DNA of 59,026 nucleotides, the filler included. It is 6 parts of 6 records of this genome, joined end to end, with 100 filler letters (N's around TTAATTAATTAA, not from the genome) between each part and the next. Parts side by side here need not be neighbours in the genome. Positions count along the whole stretch, not along the records: positions 1 to 23,448 come from SRR31156797_5883; positions 23,549 to 29,574 come from SRR31156797_5892; positions 29,675 to 35,948 come from SRR31156797_5893; 3 more parts are not named here. The stretch is one strand, 5' to 3'. Below, piece after piece: positions 22,758 through 32,954 of this stretch. Below the pieces are notes generated by a model, which did not search any database, had not been told where the DNA came from, and saw only the letters and a program-made list of their open reading frames with translations. Position numbers and translations under genes: made by a program. The first letter of the stretch is position 1. Every line of letters starts with the position of its first letter.

Positions 22758-23448
22758 TTACGACTCCTTGTTTTGTTTTGATAACGGAAGATATACGGTA
22801 AATTCAGCACCTTGGTCAGGGCAGTTTTTTGCACGGAAGTCACCATTCATGTCCTTGATGATCTTATAGGAAATGGAAAGTCCAAGGCCAACTCCAACGC
22901 CTTCTTTTTTGGTGGTAACAAAGGGCTCAAAAAGTTTTTTGTCGATATCAGAGGATATACCAGGACCATTATCCCAAACTCGAATTTTCGCTTTTTCCTC
23001 ACTAGTACTTAACGTAACACCAATGAAGGATGATTCCGTGTTTTGTAAAGCATCAAGGGCATTTCTGAAAAGGTTGATTAACACTTGCTCAAGTCGGACA
23101 CGGTCTCCCATGATAAGGATAGGGGCATCGGGTAGTGTTAATTTGAGTTCACAGTCTTCCACGCGCATTTGGTGCTTCATAAGCGTCAGGGATTCGTTGA
23201 TTGCTTGTCGTAAATCGAATTCACTATTTTTATTTGATGATTTTCGGGCGAAAGATTTCAACTGTTCCGTGACTTTTGCCATGCGGTCACCTAGTTCGGA
23301 AACTTTTGTCAGGGTGGGATCAAGTTCATCCAGCAGATTCCTCGCCAACATGAGTTTACAACTGGCGATATATGTTTTTGTTGCGGCAATTGGTTGATTC
23401 AATTCATGGGCGATAGCCGTAGCCATTTCGCCAAGCGCTGCCAGTTTA
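22758..23448 (-). CDS. dctB: DctB-like sensor histidine kinase, C-terminal part (5' truncated by the spacer)
   Basis: KLAALGEMATAIAHELNQP H-box, QVLINLFRNA, DNGPG, FEPFVTTK, GLGLSIS. Confidence 0.8.
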
Positions 23449-23548
23449 NNNNNNNNNNNNNNNNNNNNNNNNNNNNNNNNNNNNNNNNNNNNTTAATTAA
23501 TTAANNNNNNNNNNNNNNNNNNNNNNNNNNNNNNNNNNNNNNNNNNNN
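23449..23548. other. Artificial contig spacer
   Basis: 44 N + TTAATTAATTAA (stops in all six frames) + 44 N. Confidence 0.98.
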
Positions 23549-25410
23549 GACTCCTTGATCCACCAGCTGTCATGATACTGCCAGCTATGGTAGTTATCCC
23601 TGATTTTTTCGCTCCAGGGCCTGTAGATGTCGGCGTCATAGTTAATGTACTCCCAGCCTCCGCGGATACCCGTATAGGTCGCGAAACGGCCGATGTCGGT
23701 ATACCAGGTATATCCCGTATTGAGCCCGACGGAGACATAGTGGGATTCATAATCCATAAGATAGTCCGACGAAACCACCTCATTGGCGTTATCATAATCC
23801 TCGTCGTCAAGATAGGGATCGATTACCCCGTTGCCGTCGACGTCCTGATAGATCCTGCGGTTCTCTGAATGGCGGTAGGTCAGATCCAAACCGGCGCCCC
23901 AGCGAGTATTGAAAAGCCTGGGTTCCGAAAAGGAGATGGAGGCGCTCTGGCTGTCGGGAGAAAAGAGCGTGCTTATCCCCAGGGTTCGTCCCGTCCCCAG
24001 GAAGTTGGTATCGTTCCACTGGATATTTCCGGAAACGGGAAAGTCCGTCCCCCCCGAAAAGGAAACGCCGAAGACGATGTTCGCGGTCTTACCTTCCTCC
24101 ACATCGATGACGAGGTCCATAAGCCCTTCTTCACTGCCCGGATAGGTCTGGGGCTCGACAACTGAGAAATACTGGGTATTGGTCAGGTTGCGCACGCCCT
24201 CCATGACCTTGGTTTTGCTGAAAACATCCCCCACTTCGAAATCGAGTTCGCGGGTAATGACATGGTCTTTGGTTTTGTCGTTCCCCCGGATCACTACATT
24301 CTCCAGATGCGCCCTGTCCCGCTCTACGATATTGACCACATAGGAGACGACTCTCTTCTCCTCGTCCTTATCCTCTTCCAGGGAGAAAGTGTTGTAAATA
24401 TAGCCGTTTTCATAATACTGATCGGTCAGGCTCTGATAGTCGAACTGAAACCTCGTCTTGTTAAAGGTCTTTCCGGGCTCCTGGCTGATAAGGATCATCA
24501 GCTCTTCCGTCGAGAAGAGGTAATTTCCCACCAGCTCGATTCCGCCGAAGCTATAGGCCTCGCCCTCGTGGATCACCAGCGTGATGATAAGCTTGTTGGC
24601 GTTGTCCTTTTCATCCCTGTAGACTTCCCTGTTGATCTCCCGGACTTCGGCGTCGATAAAACCGCGGTCGTGGTAGTAGGCCTCGATGGCCTGGACGTCC
24701 ATCTGGAGCTCGTTCTCCATAAGGACGCCCTTCTTGAACAGCCCCTGGGCTTTGGTCTGCATCAATCCCTTGAGGGTTTTGTCGGTGACATGCACATCGT
24801 TTCCCACGAAACGGATCTCTTCGATCTTGGTCTGGGTTCCCTCTACGATATCGAACACAACCGTAGCCGAGTTCTCTTCTTCGTTCTTCTCGATCGTGCT
24901 GTTGACCTCGGCGTCCACATACCCCTTCTCCAGATAGAGAGTTTTTATGGCCTGGGCGTCCATGCGGATAGAGGATTTGTTGAGCAGATCCCCCTTGGTC
25001 AACAGGATGGTATCGTTGAGCTCCCCCTTGCGGATACGATTGTTCCCGGTATAAACGATCTGATTGACGACAGGTTTCTCCTTGACCTGAAAGACGATGA
25101 TGACCGTACTGATTTCGGACTCTCCCGGCCTGAGTTTTTCCCCCGGAAGGACCTGCGGCAAGATCAGATCGAAGTATTCGAGGGCGTAAAGCTTACCCTG
25201 GATTTCCCAGGAAAGGGAATCTGTAAATTTTTTGGAGATATAGGGTCTGACGATACCCTTCAGTTCGTTTTCGGAAACGGCATCCAGACCCGTGAAACGG
25301 ATATCGGCGATAGTCTTATCAAGATACCAGTCATCAGCGCTTTGGGCTGAGAGCCCTGCGGTCAAAGACAACAGAAGCACCAGGCAGGCAGTCCAAAATT
25401 TATTAAGCAT
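23549..25410 (-). CDS. bamA: Outer-membrane protein assembly factor BamA (3' truncated)
   Basis: Signal peptide, repeated POTRA domains (e.g. GNDKTKDHVITRE, YFSVVEP), barrel start NFLGTG and F.EPRL. An alternative TTG start lies at 25413. Confidence 0.92.
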
Positions 25411-25464
25411 CAAATCTCCTCACATCGATTTTCCCGCCGGGCAGGCGGGAACAGTGTTTTTTTA

Positions 25465-28400
25465 TCAGTATGAATACCGCCATTCCAGACCGATCGCGTT
25501 ATTGGGAACGATATCGGTATTATAGAAATCGTAGGCATTTCTCTTATTGTAGTTCCAATAGACCAGAAAGAAGGGGGTCCTCATTTCAATGGTCAGATCC
25601 GGAAGCAAATCAATTCCGTTTCCGTACGATCTTAAACCATACAGTTGGTCATAATCAACAACCACGCCTGCAGAAAGGTAAAGGGAATCACCGGCAAATT
25701 TCCCGAAATATATACTCGTATTGTCCAGATACCTGGCCATGCTGTAGGAACTGCCTGTTCCCGAACTGGAATTATCCCTGTACAGCTGATCCGCGAGGGC
25801 GTTCTCCAGGATCTCGGTTTTAATGGTCACGTTGTCCAGACGGAGGTTCTGCTTCAGCGAGCTCTCAATGGGCCTGAGAAAACCGTAGGAGCCCCCGACC
25901 ATCGTTCCTGTGGCAACCAGCGCCTTGGAGACGTCGGCCTCACCCGTTTCGCTGTCATAAGGCAGCAGGCTCTGCCCCAACAAGGCAACGATCTCTTCCT
26001 CCTGCATGGCGGGGAAGGACCGGAAATAGGGAATGAACTCATCCATCACCGGATTCCTGTACCCCATGTATATGGTCACGTCGTTGCTGTTCTCATCCAC
26101 GGCATCGAACTCCGCCTCAATATTCAGATAGGGATTGAAGGTATCCTGGTCTTCATTAAAACTTATGGAGCCTTCGGTAATGCCGAACTGCCTGTCAAAG
26201 TAGTATATGTTCCCGTCTCTGATCGAGGCTTTCCCCGTCATCGAGAAGGTTCGGGCCTTGGTGTCCACCGAGATATTCAGCTTCTGACCGCTTTCGGCGG
26301 TAGCCCTTACCAGTTCCAGCTCGGGATTGGGGAGCACAAACACGACATTCTTTCCCGTAACCACATCCAGACTCATACTGAAGGGGAACTTTGCTCCATA
26401 GGGCATCCCCTTGCCGACCTCCACCTCGGTTTCCTCTCCCAGGGAGCCGACAAGCTCGTTGACATAAACCGTCCCCCCGAAGTTCATATGCCGGGCGTCC
26501 CCCCAGAGGCGCAGGTCCCCCGTGAGCGCACCTACGCCATGGATATAGTAGGCATTGTAGTTCACAGGGGTGCCGGGATTGCCTACCAGCTTTATATCGA
26601 GGTCGTACTCGCCGATCCCCCAGCCCGTCATGGTCATGCTTCCCTGCGCCTGAACGCCGCCGTCGCCGATGGGAACGAAAAAATCATTGGTCTCAAGGAC
26701 GCTGTTCCGCATGCGGGCTTCGAGAAAGGTCTCTCCGATATCCGCGTCGGTATAGGGAGTCAGGACATACAGATCCCTCGACTTCAGATCGGCGGAGAAG
26801 ACAGGATCTGCCGGGGTGCCCGTTATCGAGGCCTCCCCCGCCATAACGCTGCCGCGCTGGAAAACGGTATAGCGGTTCTTCAGAGCGACATCCTCAGGCA
26901 TCACATAGTTGATCGTATGAAGGTTTATGACAAGATCCTCCAGATCCAGATTCATAAGATCACTGCGTATGACTCCCTCGGTGCGGAAGGCTATGGGAAA
27001 GTCCTCCTTCAGCAAGGCCTTGAACCCTCCGCTCTCCCCGTCGTAAAAGACAAATTGCTCAGGATCTTCGATCAGAATGGCGGAATAGCGCTGTCCTTCT
27101 CGGGAGAAGTCTATGGTCTTGGACGAAAAGGTGGTCTTCCCGTCCCAGCGAACCGGATGCAGCCTGAACCTGCCGCTAAAATCTTTCAGCAAGGGAACCT
27201 CAAAGTTTTGAAAATCAACGGTTATCCCCGTATCGGCCATAACAGTGAATCCTGTCTCCATATCCGATACGACCTTCTCGTCCCCGTCTTCCCCGTAGTT
27301 AGAGAGGGATGAGGAAAAGACGAGTTCGCCGTCTGTTAAATCAAAAACTCCCAAGCCCCGGTTAAGATACATATTATTCATACGAATATTCAGATCATAG
27401 AGTTCCAGCTTTTCCGAGCCGAGCCTGGCTTTCCCTCTGAGGGCGAAAGGGGATCCCTGCAAGAGCAGATCCGGCGCCTGGAATACAAGCTCTGCCGCAG
27501 GCCCCTCACGCGAGCCATCGAAGCTCAAATCACTGTCGAATCGTCCCTGCATCCCCAAGGCGGTAAAACGATCCAGCAGTCCCTGATGGACCTGAGCGCT
27601 TATGGACAACTTATCCCCGCTGTAGGCGGCATAGGCATCGTAGCGCTCCTTCCTGCCGTCCTCTCCCTCCTCGCTGAGAGAGAGGGAACCGTTGAACACC
27701 TGCTGCCCCAGATCGAAGAAAAAGGCGCCGCTCCCGCTCAGGGAGGAAAAGGCATCGCCGTAACTCAGATTGTAAATATTGAACGACCCCGGCGTGAGAT
27801 AGGCCGTCAGCCTTATTTCGGGGTCCCTGAGGAAGGCCGAATTGAGCCAACGGAACGAGGAGTCCCCCAGATAGACCTCCCAGTCTTCTGACCCGTAACG
27901 ACCTCTCAGCTCAGCGCTCAACATATACTCCTGCCCGTCCCAGCGAAGAGGCAGATCCTCCACCTCGAGCATACCGATATAGGAGGAATCGCCGCGCCTG
28001 ACCATCTGCATCATGACGCCGTGGCTACCGCGAACCGCTATCTGGCCGTCTTCGTACCTGGCGTTCAGCTGGTATTTATATTCGTTGAGATCCCAGTGCC
28101 CGTCCAGGGAGACGCCCTTCTCCGAGAAGCCCGCGCCAAGGGCGCCCTGAAGGGAGTTCCCATCCCAGTTCAGTTCAAAGCTGTAGAGATCCAGAGCATT
28201 GTTTCCATAATAGGCGCTGAGCTGCAGATTCCTTCGTTCCTCTGGATGATAGAGCTGAAGCCCGTCGATCTGGACAAGGGGCTCGCCGGCGCTCAGGCTG
28301 ACAACGCCCTCCGAACGGAGCCTGTAATCGTCCAAACCGACGGGCAGCCTCTCCAGAGCCTCGCGGCTGAGGAAAGGCCTGATGCTTGCGACCGTAAGAT

Positions 28401-29574
28401 CGACTATCCGGAATCTGGTCTGTACGAAAAGGTCGTCTCCGCTCTGTATCTCCCCGTCAAAAAGCATCCTCTCGTCCCCTGAGCCGAGGCTTGCCAGCAC
28501 GGAAAAGATATACTGCCCGTCGTCATTGTATAACAGAAGCTTGAGGTCACCCACGTCCTCTCCCCCCTGAAAGCTCAGGCGCTCCGTCTCTACCGAAAAG
28601 TAATCGCTCACCTTCTTCAGGCTCAATCTTCCGTCCAGGCTGTTTACATCGGACAGGGAAATGTCCGCAAGATCCACTGTTCCCTCGGGATACAGTTCCC
28701 CGAATACCCATTCCCCTTGCCAATCCAGCCGGCCCTTGCGGGAACTGACCATCATCTGCCTGGAAACCAGGCGGTCCTGGTCTCCCTCCACGTCCAGATC
28801 CACCAGCAGAGGGAAGGGAAGATCGGGATTGGCGAGAAACAGGGAGCCCTTGTAATCGTAGCGAAGCCCCCCGTCTTCCAGGGAAACCGCCACGGAACCA
28901 TCTCCGCTGAAGGTGGTATCCAACCAGGGATTGAACTTCCCCCCCATTCCGTCCGGTTCAAAATAGACAAGATCGGAGGGCGTGAAATCTTCGGCCTTCA
29001 GGGATACGAGCAGTTCGTCCGGACCGAGGCTCAGCGTCAGATCGTAGGGCTTGTCGTCTTTGATCTTGGTCAGGCGGAAGGTGTCGTCCTCATAGCCGAT
29101 ATTCAATCTCTGATCCTCAAACTGCGCCAGATTACTGAATATATCGCTGAACTCGCTGTCCACGGAGAAGGAACTCAAGTCCTGCTTTATCGTCCCCTTC
29201 ATAACGGTATTCAGCCTTGCCTTGTTCAGGGGAACGGCTTCGTCTCCGCCCGTGTAGGACAAGGCGCCTTTCAGTGCGAAGCGAACGAACTCCTTTTGCA
29301 TGGACAGGCTCAGGGTCTTTCCGCGTCCCGTCAGCAGAATCGCCTCATCCCGATACCGGAAACGCCAGCCTTTGAATCTGATGTAACGGGTGAAAACGGA
29401 GCTGAGATCCGGAAGTCCCCCGCCGCCGCTCCGCCCTCCGCTCCGGCTGAATTGCTCCAGGAATTCAGCATCCCTTTCCGCATCGACATCAACCGTCAGC
29501 CCAGTGACATCGACGCTCCTGAGAGCCGTGGCATCGGAAATCAGCATTCCGATCAGATCGTGGTGAAGCTTCAG
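25465..29574 (-). CDS. tamB: TamB/AsmA-like (DUF490) large beta-rich protein (5' truncated)
   Basis: More than 1360 aa, beta-rich, open up to the spacer. C-terminus resembles DUF490 (F.ITEGSISF..FNPYLNIEAE) and ends WRYSY. Directly upstream of bamA, as in spirochaetes. Confidence 0.75.
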   Translation of the reverse strand: MKLHHDLIGMLISDATALRSVDVTGLTVDVDAERDAEFLEQFSRSGGRSGGGGLPDLSSVFTRYIRFKGWRFRYRDEAILLTGRGKTLSLSMQKEFVRFALKGALSYTGGDEAVPLNKARLNTVMKGTIKQDLSSFSVDSEFSDIFSNLAQFEDQRLNIGYEDDTFRLTKIKDDKPYDLTLSLGPDELLVSLKAEDFTPSDLVYFEPDGMGGKFNPWLDTTFSGDGSVAVSLEDGGLRYDYKGSLFLANPDLPFPLLVDLDVEGDQDRLVSRQMMVSSRKGRLDWQGEWVFGELYPEGTVDLADISLSDVNSLDGRLSLKKVSDYFSVETERLSFQGGEDVGDLKLLLYNDDGQYIFSVLASLGSGDERMLFDGEIQSGDDLFVQTRFRIVDLTVASIRPFLSREALERLPVGLDDYRLRSEGVVSLSAGEPLVQIDGLQLYHPEERRNLQLSAYYGNNALDLYSFELNWDGNSLQGALGAGFSEKGVSLDGHWDLNEYKYQLNARYEDGQIAVRGSHGVMMQMVRRGDSSYIGMLEVEDLPLRWDGQEYMLSAELRGRYGSEDWEVYLGDSSFRWLNSAFLRDPEIRLTAYLTPGSFNIYNLSYGDAFSSLSGSGAFFFDLGQQVFNGSLSLSEEGEDGRKERYDAYAAYSGDKLSISAQVHQGLLDRFTALGMQGRFDSDLSFDGSREGPAAELVFQAPDLLLQGSPFALRGKARLGSEKLELYDLNIRMNNMYLNRGLGVFDLTDGELVFSSSLSNYGEDGDEKVVSDMETGFTVMADTGITVDFQNFEVPLLKDFSGRFRLHPVRWDGKTTFSSKTIDFSREGQRYSAILIEDPEQFVFYDGESGGFKALLKEDFPIAFRTEGVIRSDLMNLDLEDLVINLHTINYVMPEDVALKNRYTVFQRGSVMAGEASITGTPADPVFSADLKSRDLYVLTPYTDADIGETFLEARMRNSVLETNDFFVPIGDGGVQAQGSMTMTGWGIGEYDLDIKLVGNPGTPVNYNAYYIHGVGALTGDLRLWGDARHMNFGGTVYVNELVGSLGEETEVEVGKGMPYGAKFPFSMSLDVVTGKNVVFVLPNPELELVRATAESGQKLNISVDTKARTFSMTGKASIRDGNIYYFDRQFGITEGSISFNEDQDTFNPYLNIEAEFDAVDENSNDVTIYMGYRNPVMDEFIPYFRSFPAMQEEEIVALLGQSLLPYDSETGEADVSKALVATGTMVGGSYGFLRPIESSLKQNLRLDNVTIKTEILENALADQLYRDNSSSGTGSSYSMARYLDNTSIYFGKFAGDSLYLSAGVVVDYDQLYGLRSYGNGIDLLPDLTIEMRTPFFLVYWNYNKRNAYDFYNTDIVPNNAIGLEWRYSY

Positions 29575-29674
29575 NNNNNNNNNNNNNNNNNNNNNNNNNN
29601 NNNNNNNNNNNNNNNNNNTTAATTAATTAANNNNNNNNNNNNNNNNNNNNNNNNNNNNNNNNNNNNNNNNNNNN
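29575..29674. other. Artificial contig spacer
   Basis: 44 N + TTAATTAATTAA + 44 N. Confidence 0.98.
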
Positions 29675-30903
29675 GAATGCTGGACGGCCGGCGCCTTGGC
29701 CTTGGCCCGCGCCTTCACCTTTGCAAGCTCCTGCTCGAACACGGTGCTTTCCTGGCGCAACTGGGCCGCCGCCTGCGACACCGCGCTGCACTGACGCTCC
29801 CAGGAGGCCGACAAGGTCGGACGCAGTGTCTTCATGGTATCCAGCGACGCCGCCAGTTCCTGCCGGGCGCCCTGGCTGGCCGCCAGGATTTCCTGCGAAT
29901 TGGCGTCGAACCAATCCTTCACCTCGTTGAACTCGCTCAGGGTGGTCTGCATGTTGTTGAGGTCGCTGAGGATGCTCATGCCCTGGGCCAGCACGACGAT
30001 GGCCTGAAACGGATTGTTCTTGGCGTTGTCGATGGCGTTTTTCATGTGCACGACTTCAAGCGCCAGGATGCCGATCTGTTTGGTCACTTCGGCGGCGACA
30101 AGCCCGCTTTGCGCATTGAATGCCGCAATGGCTTTATCCATGTCGCCGACGGCGGCTTCATAGGAATGCGACATGTCGTTGAACACCATCGCGGCGCCTT
30201 CCATGGTCGCCGTGATGTCTTCGACATGGGTCAGATAGGCGTTCATCATCTCGTCGAGCGGAATGTTCTGATTGGCGACCAGGTTTTCGAAGCTGCCCTG
30301 GCCGGCGACGGCATTGGCATAGGACGACACCGATTGCCGCAATACCGCGATCTTGCCGTTGTTGTTGGAAATCGTGTGGTTCTGTTCCTTGATGTCGTCG
30401 ACCGCGTTGATCTCGACATAATGAAGGGCGTTTTGGCCGGAAACCCTTTTTGCCTTAGACGCGGCGATGAATTCGCGCACCCAGCCTTCCTCGGCCTGGT
30501 CGTTCAGTTTGTAGATGTCGTTGAGCTGCAGTCCCAGCTTGTACCAGATGCCGCCGTTCAGGGCCTGATAAAGCTTGACCGTATAGATGACCCGGCCGAC
30601 GCTTTCCTGAAGCTGCTGGGCCTTGGCCTGGATTTCCTTGGCGACGTCGATCTGGCGCAGCGCATTGGCCAACGGATCGCCGGCCGGGTTGATGTTGGCG
30701 CCACCGCCGCTTTTGTTGCCGCCGCCGCCCATCAGACCGCCGAAAAGGCCGCCGAACGGGTTGTTCTGCGCCAACTGAATACCGTTATTCGCGACCTTTG
30801 ACGCCGAATTGACGTCGCCGGCCGCGGCCGGGCTCCCGACCATCATGGCACCGGTCAATCCGGCGACCACGGCCAACCCGAGATAGCTTTTCCTTGGTTT
30901 CAT
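29675..30903 (-). CDS. Secreted all-helical/coiled-coil protein of unknown function (3' truncated)
   Basis: ATG at 30903 after GGGGGA. Signal peptide MKPRKSYLGLAVVAGLTGAMMVGSPAAA, a Gly-rich linker, then long Ala/Gln/Asn-rich helices. Confidence 0.75.
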
Positions 30904-31259
30904 TATTCCCCCTGCCCGCCATTTCAGACGGCTGCCGGCCCCCAAAGACCAGGGACGGACATCTTGCTTGGACCAGATATTCGCGGTTGCACCGAAGCCA
31001 ACCGCTTACCCCATTTTTTTCGAGACGGTCCCAAATTCCACCGCGCCATATTCGACCCGCGTATCAAACGAATTCCGGCCGTCGAATTCAATTCCTCCGT
31101 TCGGTTAAGCGTGCCTTTTTGGGCTCGCCGGGTCAACGGCATAATTTGCCCAATTTCCCTTTGAATTCAGCAGAGTGCGACTGCGACGTATGGACCGATT
31201 GCAACCCGGCGTCGGCCGAACCCAGTGATTGCAGTCTATGGCAAACCGAAAGCGATTTT

Positions 31260-32954
31260 TTATTGGCGCGGCCGCAACCGACGGTGCTTTGCCAGAAACA
31301 GCGGCGTCCACGATTGGGGAATTTTGCGGATGAAATTGTAGCGGGCGACGTGATAGCTGGGATCGAATCCGAAAAAGTTCATTCGCATGCGCTCCAACTC
31401 GGCGGCGCGGTATGCCTCGAGCGGTTTTTCCGCCTCGTCCGCCTGTCGACGGCTTCTTTTATCGGCAATCCTGTCCGTCAGGCCCGATGAAACCGCCAAA
31501 TCGGCCGCGTAGCGCCGGATCGCCGAATCGGCGCCGTCAGACATTTCTTCGAAGCGGATGTCCAAGAGGCCGATTTCGACCGCTGTTTTGGCGCCGATGG
31601 GCAGGCGCCGTTCGACGATCGCCTCGATGGTTTCCGGACCGACACGGCGGGGCAGCAGATAGGTCCAGTATTCCGATCCGTACAGGTTTCCCATGTTCTT
31701 GTAATGGGGGTTGAGGACGACGTTCGAAGCGGCCACGACCGTGTCCGCCGCCAGCGCCAGAAACACCCCGCCGGCGCCGGCATTGCCGCGAAGCGCCGCG
31801 ATGGTCAAATGGGATTCTGTGGTGATGATGGCCCGGCACAGATCGTCGATGGCGTTGATGTTACGCCAGGATTCCTCGGCCGGGCTGTCGGCCGCCTCTA
31901 TGGCGCCCAGATGCATCCCGTTCGACCAGAAATCGCTGCCGCCCATCAATACCAGAACCCGCGTGTCGCGTTCGCAGGCCCGTCGATAGGCGTTTTCAAG
32001 CCGCCGGCACTGATCGGCGCTCAAGGCGCCGTTGTAGAAGGGAAAAAAAAGATAGCCGACCCCGCCTTGCTCCTCGTAACGGATTTCGCTCCAGGTTTTC
32101 CCCTGTTCCGGCTCCGGGATCTCGGGGAGCGCGTCGAAATCGGCGCCGAGTGCCGCCAACGCCGGCCGTTTGAACGAACGTTCGCCGACCGACACCGGTT
32201 TCAAGTGGGTGATCCAGACCGCCCCGTCGACCGTCGCCCGGCAGATCGCATGATGGCGCCTGCCGATGACCGCGCCCGGTTTTCCTTCGATGACTTCGTC
32301 GGCATGGGCGTCATACAGATAAAAATCGCGGTCGAACAAGGTGTCGGCAATCCCCGGAAAACCGTCGGCGGAACGGATTTTCCGCAACACCGTAGCGGTC
32401 GTATCGGATTGCCAGTCGATGGCACGGTCGGCCTGTTTCATCAGCGGATGCCACTTGCCTTCCGCCTTCGAACCATCGAGGGGTTGCGGCTTGAAACCGC
32501 CGGCTTGGAAACGATCGATGGCCAGCAGCACGGCTTCGGCGGCGGCATCCGTCGCCTCGCGCCGATAGAGGCTGCTTTTGGTCGCCTCGCGCATGGTGAA
32601 CGGAATGGAAGCCCAGATATCGCCGGCGTCCATTTCGGCGTCCGCCTGAAGCACGGTCACGCCCCATTCCGCCTGCCCTTCCAGGATCGCCCAATCGAGG
32701 GCCGACGGCCCACGATCGCCGACGATACCGGGATGAACGATCAGACAGACATGGGTTCGCCAAACCTTTTCGGGAATGGCCCGGCGCAGATAGGGCGCGA
32801 CGATGAGGTCGGGTTTGAAAAGATCGACGGCTTCGATGGTGACGGCGTCGTTGACGTCGAGTTCGACCGACAGATCGTGACCGTGCGCGTCGAGCTCGAC
32901 ATAAAGCCGTTGCGTCAGGCTGTTGAAACTGTGGCTGAGAAGAAGGACCCGCAT
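31260..32954 (-). CDS. hypX: Hydrogenase maturation protein HypX/HoxX (formyltransferase + crotonase-like domains)
   Basis: True start MRVLLLSHSFNSLTQRL at 32954 (TGATG overlap with hypE). HPGIVGDRGPSALDWA, GNAGAGG and GNLYGSEYWTY motifs. Confidence 0.93.
   Translation of the reverse strand: MRVLLLSHSFNSLTQRLYVELDAHGHDLSVELDVNDAVTIEAVDLFKPDLIVAPYLRRAIPEKVWRTHVCLIVHPGIVGDRGPSALDWAILEGQAEWGVTVLQADAEMDAGDIWASIPFTMREATKSSLYRREATDAAAEAVLLAIDRFQAGGFKPQPLDGSKAEGKWHPLMKQADRAIDWQSDTTATVLRKIRSADGFPGIADTLFDRDFYLYDAHADEVIEGKPGAVIGRRHHAICRATVDGAVWITHLKPVSVGERSFKRPALAALGADFDALPEIPEPEQGKTWSEIRYEEQGGVGYLFFPFYNGALSADQCRRLENAYRRACERDTRVLVLMGGSDFWSNGMHLGAIEAADSPAEESWRNINAIDDLCRAIITTESHLTIAALRGNAGAGGVFLALAADTVVAASNVVLNPHYKNMGNLYGSEYWTYLLPRRVGPETIEAIVERRLPIGAKTAVEIGLLDIRFEEMSDGADSAIRRYAADLAVSSGLTDRIADKRSRRQADEAEKPLEAYRAAELERMRMNFFGFDPSYHVARYNFIRKIPQSWTPLFLAKHRRLRPRQ

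Noticed and set aside
23493-23504. TTAATTAATTAA recurring five times as a possible biological repeat or CRISPR-like array
   Set aside because: Always centred in 44+44 N. It is an assembly linker with stops in all frames.
25645-27312. 555-aa plus-strand ORF
   Set aside because: Antisense to the TamB-like gene with no recognisable motifs; typical of codon-bias shadows.
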